Below are positions 14,001-26,000 of a stretch of DNA of 64,000 nt, in pieces. The stretch is taken from contig NW_024704743.1 in the NCBI RefSeq assembly GCF_018977255.1, positions 42,534,001 through 42,598,000 on the forward strand, written 5' to 3'. The first letter of the stretch is position 1, and every line of letters begins with the position of its first letter. Position numbers and translations under genes: made by a program. This DNA is from Callorhinchus milii (lineage: Eukaryota). Below the pieces are notes generated by a model. That model searched no databases, was not told the DNA's origin, and was given only the letters and a program-made list of their open reading frames with translations.

Positions 14001-17000
14001 CAGGCATTACTTATTTTTATTTTGTACAGACCACTGTGCCAAAATTGTAAATATAAAGCTTATATTATACTATCGACTGAAACACAGAGGCAAACCTCTA
14101 TCAAGTTGCTAGCATTTGCAGATTGGGCTACTTATACACACAGCATTCATCAACTCACAGCACACCACAGCCCTAACCTGAGCCTGCCATATCTTCCAGT
14201 CACTGCAGAGTCATTGCAATGGAACAAAAAATAATGTTTATTTAAGATGGCGATTAAGCATTGCTGCAGGATTTAGTTCACTACTTAAGCAGCTTTCGAG
14301 GCAATTTCAGGCCTATTTCTAAAAGAATACAAGTTAATGAATGAATCCATCACGCACCTCGATGGAGTTGGATCGTCCTGACCGAGCCGTGACATGATGT
14401 TTATTAAGGTATTTATGCCTGTGAAAAACACAGAAACAGCAATGATAAAGAGGATTCACTTGCAGCCGCAAGGTACACAATGCTGGATACAATACACTGT
14501 GGCTACTGAATATGTAGGATTATTGGAAGTACTTAAAGACACCCTGAGGATGGTGAATTACAATGTCTTTTGGAATATTAAGGTAGAATCCAATGTTACA
14601 GAATATCAAGGTATGAAGCTGATTAGTTCAATGGTATTGTCCTATCATGGCCATACTCATGGATGTAGAGAAGACTGTACAGAAATTAAACTTTGAAAGA
14701 CCAATTTCACATTATGCCTAGTTGCAATGAGGACAATATTTTTACAAATCACTGAAATGTGATGTGCTAATATACCTACTATTTATTTAGGTTTCTATGA
14801 AAAATCATTATGTTTTAAACTCGCCAAATTTTCCGATCTCTCCCCAAAAGGTGTTTTGATATTTCTTCCTTCACCGGAATGCAAAACCTTGGGTAACAAT
14901 CACCATTATTAACATATCAGCCTTGTCAGCGACTGACAGCAGTCTATTCAATGCACTGAGAATTAAATCGAAATTTGATTCTGCCCTCTCCCGACACCCA
15001 AATAAGTGCACCTTCCAGTCGAGGTGTCTAAGATAGGAATAACACCAATAGTCCTGGTTGATATTATCAAGCACCAAACCCAGAGGGGCTCAGGACAATC
15101 ATAACGTTAACTTTCCTTCAAGCAACTAAAATCTTCTGTCCTATTGTTTTTAAACATTAATTCATCCCAAAAGCCAAGAACTATGGAAAAGCATAGCAAA
15201 GTTCCTCAACAAACTGTGAAAGACACAATTTAATTTCTTTCCTTCCCCCTAGTTAGGTAAACATTTTCTCCACAATTGCTCCTCTCGGTTTCTCATGTAC
15301 CTTTCTTCCTCATGTACATGTGGTGGACCTTTCGGTCTCCATACTTGGGTTGCCGGATACCACAGTTGGACAGGGAGTTTCTTGCATGGTCTGGATTCAT
15401 CCCGAAATTCAGGTGATGGCTCGGGTGAGTCATTCCAAGCTAATGGCAAATCATAAACACAAAATTATAACGATAATCCTTGATTTTGCGGTAGTGTTTT
15501 CATGACAGGCGACTGTCCCAAAGTAATTCACAGGATTTACTGTAAAGCGTACAATAACAACAGAATGACTGCATATTCGTAGGTAAACCTGGCAGCCAAT
15601 TTGCACATGCAGCTATGAAATAACTGACCGATTTTATTTGTGGGATTGTTGGCCACAAACAGGGAAATGTATTTAAAATCGCTTAAATCCACAAAAAATA
15701 CTTATAAAGTAAGAATTATCAATGGTACAACAACAAGATCGTTAATAAGTCAATGAAGTACTTGAAGCTAACAAGGTGATCAAAAGGAAGTGAATAGCGC
15801 CTGGATTTGGGCAGTAAGCCAAAGACTTATTGAAAGATTAGAGGCAAGAATGAACCATTCGATCAAAACAGAAACAGCAGTACAAGGATAGATCAAAGGG
15901 AAAGATTTATTGATGAAAACAAAAGAGAACGGTGAATAGAAAATAATTGGTTGTAACATGCAAAGATTGAGGAAGGGTGAAAAGGGAAAACCAGAGGAAA
16001 ATCAGAAACAAAAGTGAGCCAGTTTGCACACTCTAGCAAGAAAGAGTAAAAACTGTATCCTCAGAAAACAAATCAAAATTTGCATTGGATTAAAGATGTA
16101 CATAAGAGTATTGTCACATTGGAAGGTGTTCAGATTTTGAGTGTCAACATGTTTAGCAACATGTTATCTGGAAAGAAAACTTTCTATATTACGAATGTTT
16201 GAGCACTAGACTTAGGAATGTAAGGTTCTAAGTTCAATTACAGTGAATCCACTCAGTCCTATTAAGGATAAAATGAGTGCCATGGATATATCATCGGGAG
16301 GAAGGAAGGAAAGAGTTGGTGGGATCTCTGTTGGGCTGAATTGACTCTGGGGAGAGTTCCATGGCAGCCTTGGCAGTACAGATACATCACGAATCCTCAG
16401 AGTCAAAGCCTTCAAGTCCTGGAGAGGCGCTATCTAGACAAGTTCTATACTGCATGGTTTCCCTCAGGCAAACTGATAAGAAACGTACATCTGAAGCTTT
16501 TAAAAAGGCACTTCCAATCAGCTTTGCAAGAGAAAATTTTCAGAAGGACACCAGTGTAATAGATAACTCAAATTTATCTAAATCACCCTATATTTCAAAA
16601 AGGGAACATATCTCTCACGCGCAGCAGATTTTAATTAACAACACAGGAATACTTAGCAAGATAAACCAGGAATAGACACTTGCAATATTTTCAAGGAAAC
16701 AAACCATGGTACAAGGGCCATAGGGAGATAACAGTAAATGAAGGGGTTATTCAGTTGCACCCAATCCCAATGCAGATACACCTCATTATGGCTAATAAGA
16801 TGACAGCTTCTGCTCTAAAGGTCAAGCCTTTAAGGTAATTTAGTACAATACAGTTTCAACATTCAAGACATACAGTAGAGAAAAAAAAATCAAAGTTTCA
16901 GAACCGCATTAAAACCAACCACTTGAATGTCCTCAGTATCTGATATAAAGAAAGCATAAACGAATCAAGAGCCAATAGTGAATGAAGAAAATTGAGCAAG

Positions 17001-20000
17001 GTAAAGCTCCTGCTGCTTTTCATTCAAAGTTGTGTGAGATAATGGAAACTTGGGACCTTATATGCAAAAAGGAAGTTATATCCGCTATAATAAATACTAA
17101 AATCATGCAGACCTGACCAAATTCTATTACTATTTGAGAAAGCTATGGCCCAAAAGTCAGCAATATCTTTATCACGATCCCACATCAGGGCTGAAACTCA
17201 CATAGTCTAAGATGACATTCCAATGTAGGTGTCAGCTTAGACTATATGTTGCATTGTTGGAGGTGCCAGTTAACCAAGGTCCCATTTGCCTGTTCAAATG
17301 GATATTAAAGATCTCGTGGCACTATTTGAAAAGAGAAGAGACTTATAATAATAATAATAATCCTTGCATTTCATATAGCGCCTTAACATGTCTCAAAGCG
17401 CTTCAAAGAATATACTGTAAAGTGAATTGACTGTATGTTTTGTGGGAGAAACGTAGCAGCCAATTACAGAAGCAGCAGTGTCCTGCAAACAGCCATGGAT
17501 TAAGTGACCAAGTTTTTTTTAAGAGATTATTACCCCAGAAAAGCGATTCACTAATCGATTAACGACCGGGGTTCCTACTTACTGCTAGGTAAACACAGGT
17601 GTGTGGTGGAAGGAAACATGCCCACTGTTTCGTCCTGCCAGGAAATGAATGCAGGTCCTCTTGCTTGCAAGGTGAGTGCTCTAACCACTAAGCTATAGGA
17701 CTCCACGTTATTTTACAGAATTCCACATGAATTTCTGATGTCCTGACCAACAATCCCCCAAATAAAATTGGCCACTCATGTCATAGCTGTTTGTGAGACA
17801 TTACAGTGGGCAATTTTGCTACCTACAAAGACACTGTCACTCCATTTCAGTAATTCCTGTGAAGTGCTTTGAGACATCCTTCCAATAAGATGCTATAGTA
17901 AATACGAGGATTATATTTATCAATGTGTGCGCGGGTGGGGGGAAGGGAGGGAAACGCGTGTTACAGGGTTGATCATTCCATAGTTCTCTACCATCTCTCC
18001 TCCCTGCAATTGTTGTGGTCGTTGACTTTCTACGAGTAGATAAGAGATTTAGAAGATCCTAAATTGGAAATGCAACTCCCTGCACTGGCAGCTGAATCAA
18101 TACGGAACCCAGAGAAGAGCACCATGCATATTCAAGTTTTCACATCAGAAAATTTAGACTCCAGGAAGCCCTGAAACAGTGAGATTTTATAATCAGCTTA
18201 CACCATGTCTCCTATGGCACGGCGTGAAACAAAGAAGGAACTTACGTGACATCTACTGGCCAAGTATGGATACTACAAGTGGAGAGGAGTACATAGGCTG
18301 AGCATAAATTGTCAACTGCAATGATACCTGCAAGTTTATCTGTTATTGTGACATTTATTGCACAAATAGAGCTGTAAAAGGTCACCTTTGAATGTTACAC
18401 ACCCGACTTGCATTTTATTTTGATTTAGGATCTTCTAAATCTCTTACCTACTTGCGGGAAATCAACAACAGAAACCTAATATAAGCTTGGATAGGTTAAC
18501 CAGATTATGAGAAGTCAACATGTCAGAATACTGTGAGATACAAAAGGCTTATCTGTAGAAGTCTAAACGGTTAGACATCAATATCTAGAGCAGATAGACA
18601 AAAATGCATGACAGGCTTTCAACATTTGGACCATGATTAAGTGAAAGCCGTTCATTTCATAGTTGTTCGTAGGACACTGCTGTGTACAAATTGGCTGCCT
18701 CATTTGCCTTCAGATACACAGTCACTTTTGTCAAATCAATTACACGCTCATTTAATTCAAAATTAATTCAGAGAACAGTTATATGCCATCGAAAACAACA
18801 GAAATAACTACAAACCAGAAATGTTTAGAACCATAGAAATTTACAAAAGGTCTATTCGGCCCATCATGTCTGTGCCGGAAGCTTTCTATTTGCTGTTCAG
18901 TAACGATCTAATAATACAACTAGGCATGTTAACAAACATTTACCTGCAGCAGACAACGTTGCTTAAACTTGTAACCTATCAACTTATCCAGGTGCATGAG
19001 GCACTGGTGGTAACGGATGTGGTGAGTCAGCACTGGCAACATCATGGCATGCTGGAAGATAAACATTCATATTGAAAGGTTACATGTGACTCGTTCCGAT
19101 ATGTCCTACTGTTTATCACACACATCAGATCACTATAATACCCTGGTGTCTATCTCACACTGATCACTATTATACCCTGGTGTCTATCTCACATTGATCA
19201 CTATTATACCTTGGTGTCTATCTCACACTGATCACTATAATACCCTGATGTCTATCTCACACTGATCACTATTATACCCTGGTGTCTATCTTACACTGAT
19301 CACTATTATACCCTGGTGTCTATCTTACACTGATTACTAGATGAAATACTGTGACAATAGCAAGGAGAAAAAAAAGGTTTCTGCAGTGTAAGAGATTACA
19401 GTAACTAAAACACATTGATATAGATATATTTAAAAAAGATACAATCTACAACCGCTCATCACCGCTCAGATTTTCTAATGTCGAAATGGAAAATCATTGA
19501 TACCCTAGAACCAGTTACAAGCGTACATCAACTTGTTCATTTCTGCTTAATTAATAAAATTACATTGATTCAACTCTGACTAAATTCATCAAGACAAGAG
19601 TAGATTTTTAACCTACCCTTGTGTATTCTGACAGGTCTGACAAGGAAAAGCCTTTGGTCAATATTTCATTAGTTTAGCTAACAGCCTAAGCATATCTTCA
19701 GGAATTCTATAATCCATCAGTGTCTCCAGTCTGAAAAGGTGAAACGTCTTACATGGTGTATATTACTTGCATTTGGTCACACAAGGCCAGCGATTAACAA
19801 GATTGTTGAATGGACTCTATGAATTATATGTACTCGTACAGCAATTTCTCATCTTTAACAAAAATACACCAAATCTCGCTGTTCATTCCTCACGCTCACT
19901 GAGCTTGTTCTTTCCAATAAACTATGTACAATATGTGTGGATGAAACTATGTACACGTTGAACTATGCGTATATATTCAACTATGTGCAATATGTTTGGA

Positions 20001-23000
20001 GTTTCACAGCCACATCCCTGTCCTCAGTAACTGTCTTAAACTAATTCCATGTGGATTCCGTCTTAGGACGTCCTCCCGACGTAAAAGGCACTATACAAGT
20101 GTAATCTTGCTGTTGTAAATTCCACCCTTCCTGCTTTCAATCCGCCCACAATCAGATACCTCCATAAAATTCAGTGCTCTTCTGATCACTGCTCTCATCG
20201 CCTCATGAGACGTACTGTTCCAGCACGTGCCAACACATGCATACTCTCGACCTTTCCCTTCAGCAGCACCAGCACACTTTATCTCAGAACTGCCTTCATC
20301 CTTCGCCTCATTCGGCGCTTTAACAAAAAACTGTTTTTCCTTCTTGTAGATGGCAAGGATCACAAACTTCAATGATTCGTGGATGCCAACCCCTCTACTG
20401 ACCCCTCCTCTGACTCCATCCCTCCCGCCCAGTCCCACTCCTTGCCTTACCTTCACTATCCCCTCTGACCTCCCACTCTCTGATCCCGAACAATCCGTCC
20501 TCAGTAAAGACCTCAGCTTCATTCCCTTACGCACCCACCTCAATGAATTTCGATCCCGGCATGATGCTGAGCTCTTCTTCCGCTACCTCCGCTCCCAATT
20601 TTTTGGCCAGGAGGCCTCCCCCCGGACATCAGACCCCTCCTCCTGTCTTCCGAAGCCCCTTTCCACTTGGACCCCACCACCAGGTCCCCTAACCTCCCTG
20701 GACCTGTTCATTGAGAACTGCCGACATGACATCAGCCATGTCCGTTTCTCCACTCCCTTCCCCCACTTAAATCTTCGTTCTTCTGAACATGCTGCACTCC
20801 ACTGTCTCAAGACCAATCCTGACATCACTGTCAAACCTGCTGACAAGGGAGGCGCTCTTGTCATCTTGCGAAAGGACCTCTACCTGGCAGAGGCTGAACG
20901 CCAACTCTCTGACAACTCCTCTTACTTCCCCTTGGACCATGACCCCACAACTGAACACCAAGCCATCATCGCTGAGACAGTCAATGACCTCATCTCCTCT
21001 GGGGAGCTTCCTCCCACAGCCTCCAACCTCATTGGAGTCCTGTAGCTCAGTGGTTAGAGCACTCGCTTTGCAAGTGAGAGACCTGAGTTCAATTCCAGGC
21101 AGGGCGAAACCTTGGGCAAGTTTCCTTACTCCACACGCCTAATAATAATCCCTCCAAAACCAAAAACAATAATAAATTGGTCATTTTCAATCTACGACTG
21201 TTTGTGGGACATTGCTGTGCGCAATTGGCTGCCGCGTTCGCACACAAATATACAGTCAATTCACTTTACAGTGTGTTCTGTAAAGCGCTTTGGGACGTCC
21301 TCCCGACGTGAAAAGCGCTATATCAAATGCAAGGAATATTATTATTATAGCCCCCCAGCCCTGCACAGCCTGCCTCTACCTCCCCAAGATCAAACAAACA
21401 GGATTATCCCAGGAGACCCATTATTTCAGCCTGTTTCCTGCCCCACCGAGCTGATCTCCTCATATCTGGACTCCATTTTTGCTCCTCTTGTCCAGGTCCT
21501 ATCAACCTACATCCATGACTCTTCTGACACCCTTGGCCACTTCAACAATTTCCAGTTCCTGGGCCCTGACCGTCTCCTGTTTACAATGGACATTCAGTCC
21601 CTCTACACCTCCAGCCCCCACAAGGACGGTCTGCAGGCCCTCTGCTTCCACCTCGAACAGCAGCCCAACCAGTCTTCATCCGCCATCACCCTCCTCCGCC
21701 AGGCTGAACATGTTCTGATAATGAACAACTTCACCTTCAACTTCAACCACTTTCTCCAAGTAAAAGGTGTCATTATGGGAACCCGCATGGGTAGGTCCCA
21801 GCTACGCCTGCCTGTTTGTTGGCCACCGGGAACACTCTTTGTTCCGGGCCTACTCAGGTCCACTCCCTGACCTGTTCCTCAGATACATCGATGACTGTGT
21901 TGAGGCTACTTTCTGCTCTTGCAGTGAAATGGAAAAATTCACCAATTTCACTTCCACCTTCCACCTCTCCATAACATTCACATGGTCCAGCTCCAACTCT
22001 TCCCTTCCTCACCATTTCCATCTCGGGGCATAGATTATCTACAGATATCTTTTACAAGTCCACCAACTCCCACCGCTACCTTGACTACACCTCCTCCCAC
22101 CCCACCTCCTGTAAAGACTCCATTCCCTTTCCCCAGTTCCTCTGCCTCCACCACATCTGCTCTGACGATGTCACCTTTCACGTCAGAGCAGCTGAAATGT
22201 CTTCCTTTTTCCTCGACCGAGGATTCCCAACCACTGTAGTAGATCGTGTCCGCTCTATTTCGCGCAACTCTGCCCTCACCTCTTCCCCCTCTTCCCAGAA
22301 TCGTGGTAGGGTCCCCCTAGTCCTTACTTTCCACCCCACCAGCCTCAATATCCAAAAAATAATTCTCTGCTATTTCCGGCATCTCCACAACAACAAGATT
22401 CCGTTTATAGAGCGCCTTTCACGTCGGGAGGACGTCCCAAGGCGCTGTACAGTTGGGTCAGGACTCCAGCGTGATCCAACCACTCAGCATTTCTTTCCCT
22501 CCACTCCCCTCTCAGCATTCCGAAGGGACCGTTCCCTCCATGACTCCCTGGTTAATTTCTCCATCACCATCAACAGTTCTTCTCCTCCCCCTGTCACCTT
22601 CCCATGCCAGTGCAGCAGATCCAATACCTGCCCTTTCACCTCCTCCCATACCACTGTCCAGGGCCCCAGATTTCAAGTGAGACAGTGATTTACAAGCAAT
22701 ACCACCAATGTAGTTTACTGCATTCGCTGCTCACGATGTGATCTCCTCTACATTGGGGAGACGAAACGCAGATTGGGCGACTGATTTGCTGAACACCTCC
22801 ATTCTGTCCGAAAGCACAACCCCGAGCTTCCGGTTTCTTGCCACTTCAACTCTCCCACCCACTTGCACTCTGAACTCTCCATCCATGGACTCTTATGCTG
22901 TTCCAATAAGCCACAGCGCAAGCTCGAGGAACAGCACCTCATTTATCTGCTTAGGGACCTTACAGCCCTCTGGCCTCAGTATTAATTTCAAAAATTTCAG

Positions 23001-26000
23001 AACATAACAGCTCACATTCAACCCCTCCCTATCTTCTGTGACCATTACCACACCATCTGGGTCCCAGACACACCTTTTCTCTCTCTGGTCTGCCTGCTTT
23101 GTTGCAATATCCCCCCCACCCCTTTATTTTGCATTATTAACACATCTATTCCCCTGTTTTGTTGCAATCCCCCCCTTTGTTTTGCATCATTAACACCTCT
23201 TTAACCCATCATCCCCTGTCCTTTACCCCATTTTCTTCTTTGTTGTCCTTGTCCTGCCTCCCCCTCTCTGTCACCCCTTAAAAGCCTCTCCCTCCCAACA
23301 TGCCCCAGTTCTGACGAAGGGTCGTGGACCCAAAACGTTGACTCACTTTCCTTTCTCCAGAGTTGCTGCCTGACCTGCTGAGTGATCCCAGCGACTTCTG
23401 TTTTTGTTATGTACAGTGTGTGATGGACAATATATGATAGAACTATCTACAATTAGTTATGAACTGTACACAATTTATGGTGGATTATATATAATTTATG
23501 ATGGACTTTTCCTCCCAAACTCCTGAAAAAGCCAAAATAATCCAAACTAAAATGATTTGAGCATCTAGCCCAGTCATCATAATCTAGGTCACTCGAATGG
23601 ATGTGAAAATTCCATGGGATTATTTTAAAGAACAGGGGGTTCTCCTGTTATCCTAGTCATATTTGTACCAGATAAACCAAAAATGCAGATTAATTGATCA
23701 TTCATCTCATTTCTGTTTGTGGGATATTGCTGGTACAGATTTGCTGCAACATCTGCCTACACAGCAACAGTTAATGCACTTCAAAGCAAATCATGACATG
23801 AAGCGCTTCCGAGACATGTTGCTGTAATGGGAAGCTCTATCAAATGCAAATTTACTTTTAAAGTTATATTTAAAACTCAAAGGAAATCTGATTTTCTTTT
23901 TTTCCTGTCCTTGAAGGTAATCCAGGATATGAAGCTAACATTACAATCTATATTATTTGAAGCACATGAGCGAGATTCAACATATGACACAGTCCCAATA
24001 GGGCAGGATCCACACAGTTCCACAGAGTATTTGAACATCTGTTTGCATACTTACCCTTGGAGCTTCCAATCCCTTTTATAATCAGATCTATTTCAGCTCT
24101 GTTTCAAAGGATTTCAATTGGCATAGCATTAAACTATTTTTGGTGGCAATGTATTCTACGTATCTACTAATCTTAGGGGAAGATTTTTAATTTTGTTCTT
24201 GCTCACGGGTTGCTAATCCTGTATATATGCATTTTTTAAAATTATTTTCATGAAGGCGATAAACATCAACAACTGAATATTTAGCGCTCTTCATGCAGCG
24301 TAGCATCTCAGACATATCTTCCCATGTTGAACAATGGAACTTTTTTCTAATCTGGCATTAAGTATCAGAAACTCCGAGATCAGTGATGAAGGTTCTTTTA
24401 CTTCCAACTTTTCACATGCACTTCCTATAGTACTAACACAAAGTTTCCATTTCTAAACACTGCCCATAAAATGGCTTAACTAGGATTGTTCTTTCAGTGT
24501 CAATGGATACTGAGCTGAACCCGACCAAACAGCACCTTTCAGATTATTCAGTGAATTTAAATCCAGAGCTCTAAAAGGTGAAGGTCATGGTGCTAATTCA
24601 CTGGTTTCCTGAGACTTGGGTATTTTGTGTTCATGTTTTCTCATGGTCCTTCAACCAGTTTAACCTAAGTACCTTAGCTCCACATTGTCCCCACAATAAC
24701 TTAACTTCCTGTCTGACACTGCCTGTGAAGCACTGCTGCCTAGACAGGTATGGAAGGCTGATTCTGCCACTTCAACTAAAGCCGCAATGAGCGCAGAAGT
24801 ACCGGATGAAATGGCGGTTCATCTCCTATAAAGAGGGAAGAAAAAAAACACTTGGATGGATCACCGGCATTTCACTCACTGCAAGAGCCAGAGTCCATGA
24901 GCCAAGGCTAGAAACAGGTGCCTATGCTTGCAGTAGCAGTGACACAGGATCCACTGAAATCTATAAATACATTGGGAAGAAAAGCAATGTTCCTTCACTG
25001 GAGAGGAAAAACGCTCAAATCAAGAAAGAAAACACAACGCTCATTTTCTCCTCCCAGGATTACTTCCAATGTAAAATGAACCATTTAACCAAGAGATGAG
25101 AGCAGTAAATCTAAAAGTGAATGGGGGAGGGAACAAGGCATTGGGATTAGTGTAATTAGCTCCAGTGGAGTAGTTGGCACCAGCATAAACTGGATAGCTC
25201 GAATTGCCTCCTTCTGTGCTTTAATGTCTATGATTATTAATCTGTTGGAAGGAAGGCCGCTTTGTGGTTGACAGGACAAGACAGTCTGGCCATCTGTTTT
25301 TGTTCCACGATGGAAGCAGAAATCTTACATTAGGAATCAAAGCAAACCTCAAAAAATATTGAAGTCTTTTCCAAAATTTCCTTAACAGGAATCGCCAGCT
25401 CTTGGAAAACTAGTGAGGTTTCTTTAGATTTTTCTGGTGGGACTCTTCATTATTTAGATGCAAACCATCCAATCAGGCATGTTGCAGATTGTCTATTCCC
25501 TGAACCATCAAATGTACTAAATGAATATACTTAGTATGACTGACACAACTCCTACCTGGCAAACATCAGAGCGGACCCCAGTCTTCCAGAACCCTTGACT
25601 GCTCAGCTCTACAGTTACCTCACGCCTCATAGTATTCTTCTGTCGTATCTTCTGCAAAGCTTCCTGAAAGGAAATAGGTCTCAGTGAGATACAATACTAG
25701 ACAAGCAGAGATCTCACAGACACTTCTGGAGCAAATTATACAGTTTCACCTGATTATTCCCAGAAAATGAGGAACACCTACCAAGGTCTAAATTGCAATA
25801 AAATCATAATCCTTACGTTTGATACAGTCCCTTTCACATCAGAAGAACTCCTCAAAGTGTTTCCCAAGATTATACTATGCTTTGTAGGCGACAGTCACAA
25901 AAGAGATGAGAAACAGTAATCACCATTTCCGAAAATCTCCAGAGTAAAAGATAGGAGAGAGCATTCTGTTATCTCACCATGGCAGTTCATTTACTCTCTG

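Larger units (their letters stand above)
20120..23409 (+). mobile_element. Decayed Penelope-like retroelement (RT + Cys linker + GIY-YIG endonuclease; Neptune-like), antisense to DROSHA
   Basis: [50 protein letters not shown] linker; [29 protein letters not shown] (GIY-YIG); frameshifts and stops; 3' terminal repeat with hammerhead-like motif. Left boundary approximate. Confidence 0.9.

Noticed and set aside
16270..16560. Possible LINE endonuclease relic ([13 protein letters not shown]) and nearby short ORFs
   Set aside because: Too degenerate to support without a profile search
19128..19339. CRISPR-like array of 34-bp repeats
   Set aside because: Units are head-to-tail with no unique spacers; eukaryotic intron with no cas genes
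21034..21105. tRNA gene (also at 30415-30488, 32978, 50473)
   Set aside because: These are SINE heads: no paired acceptor stem, and each is followed by the SINE body and tail
21112..21870. 252-aa ORF as a novel gene
   Set aside because: Chance read-through from the SINE into PLE reverse-transcriptase sequence
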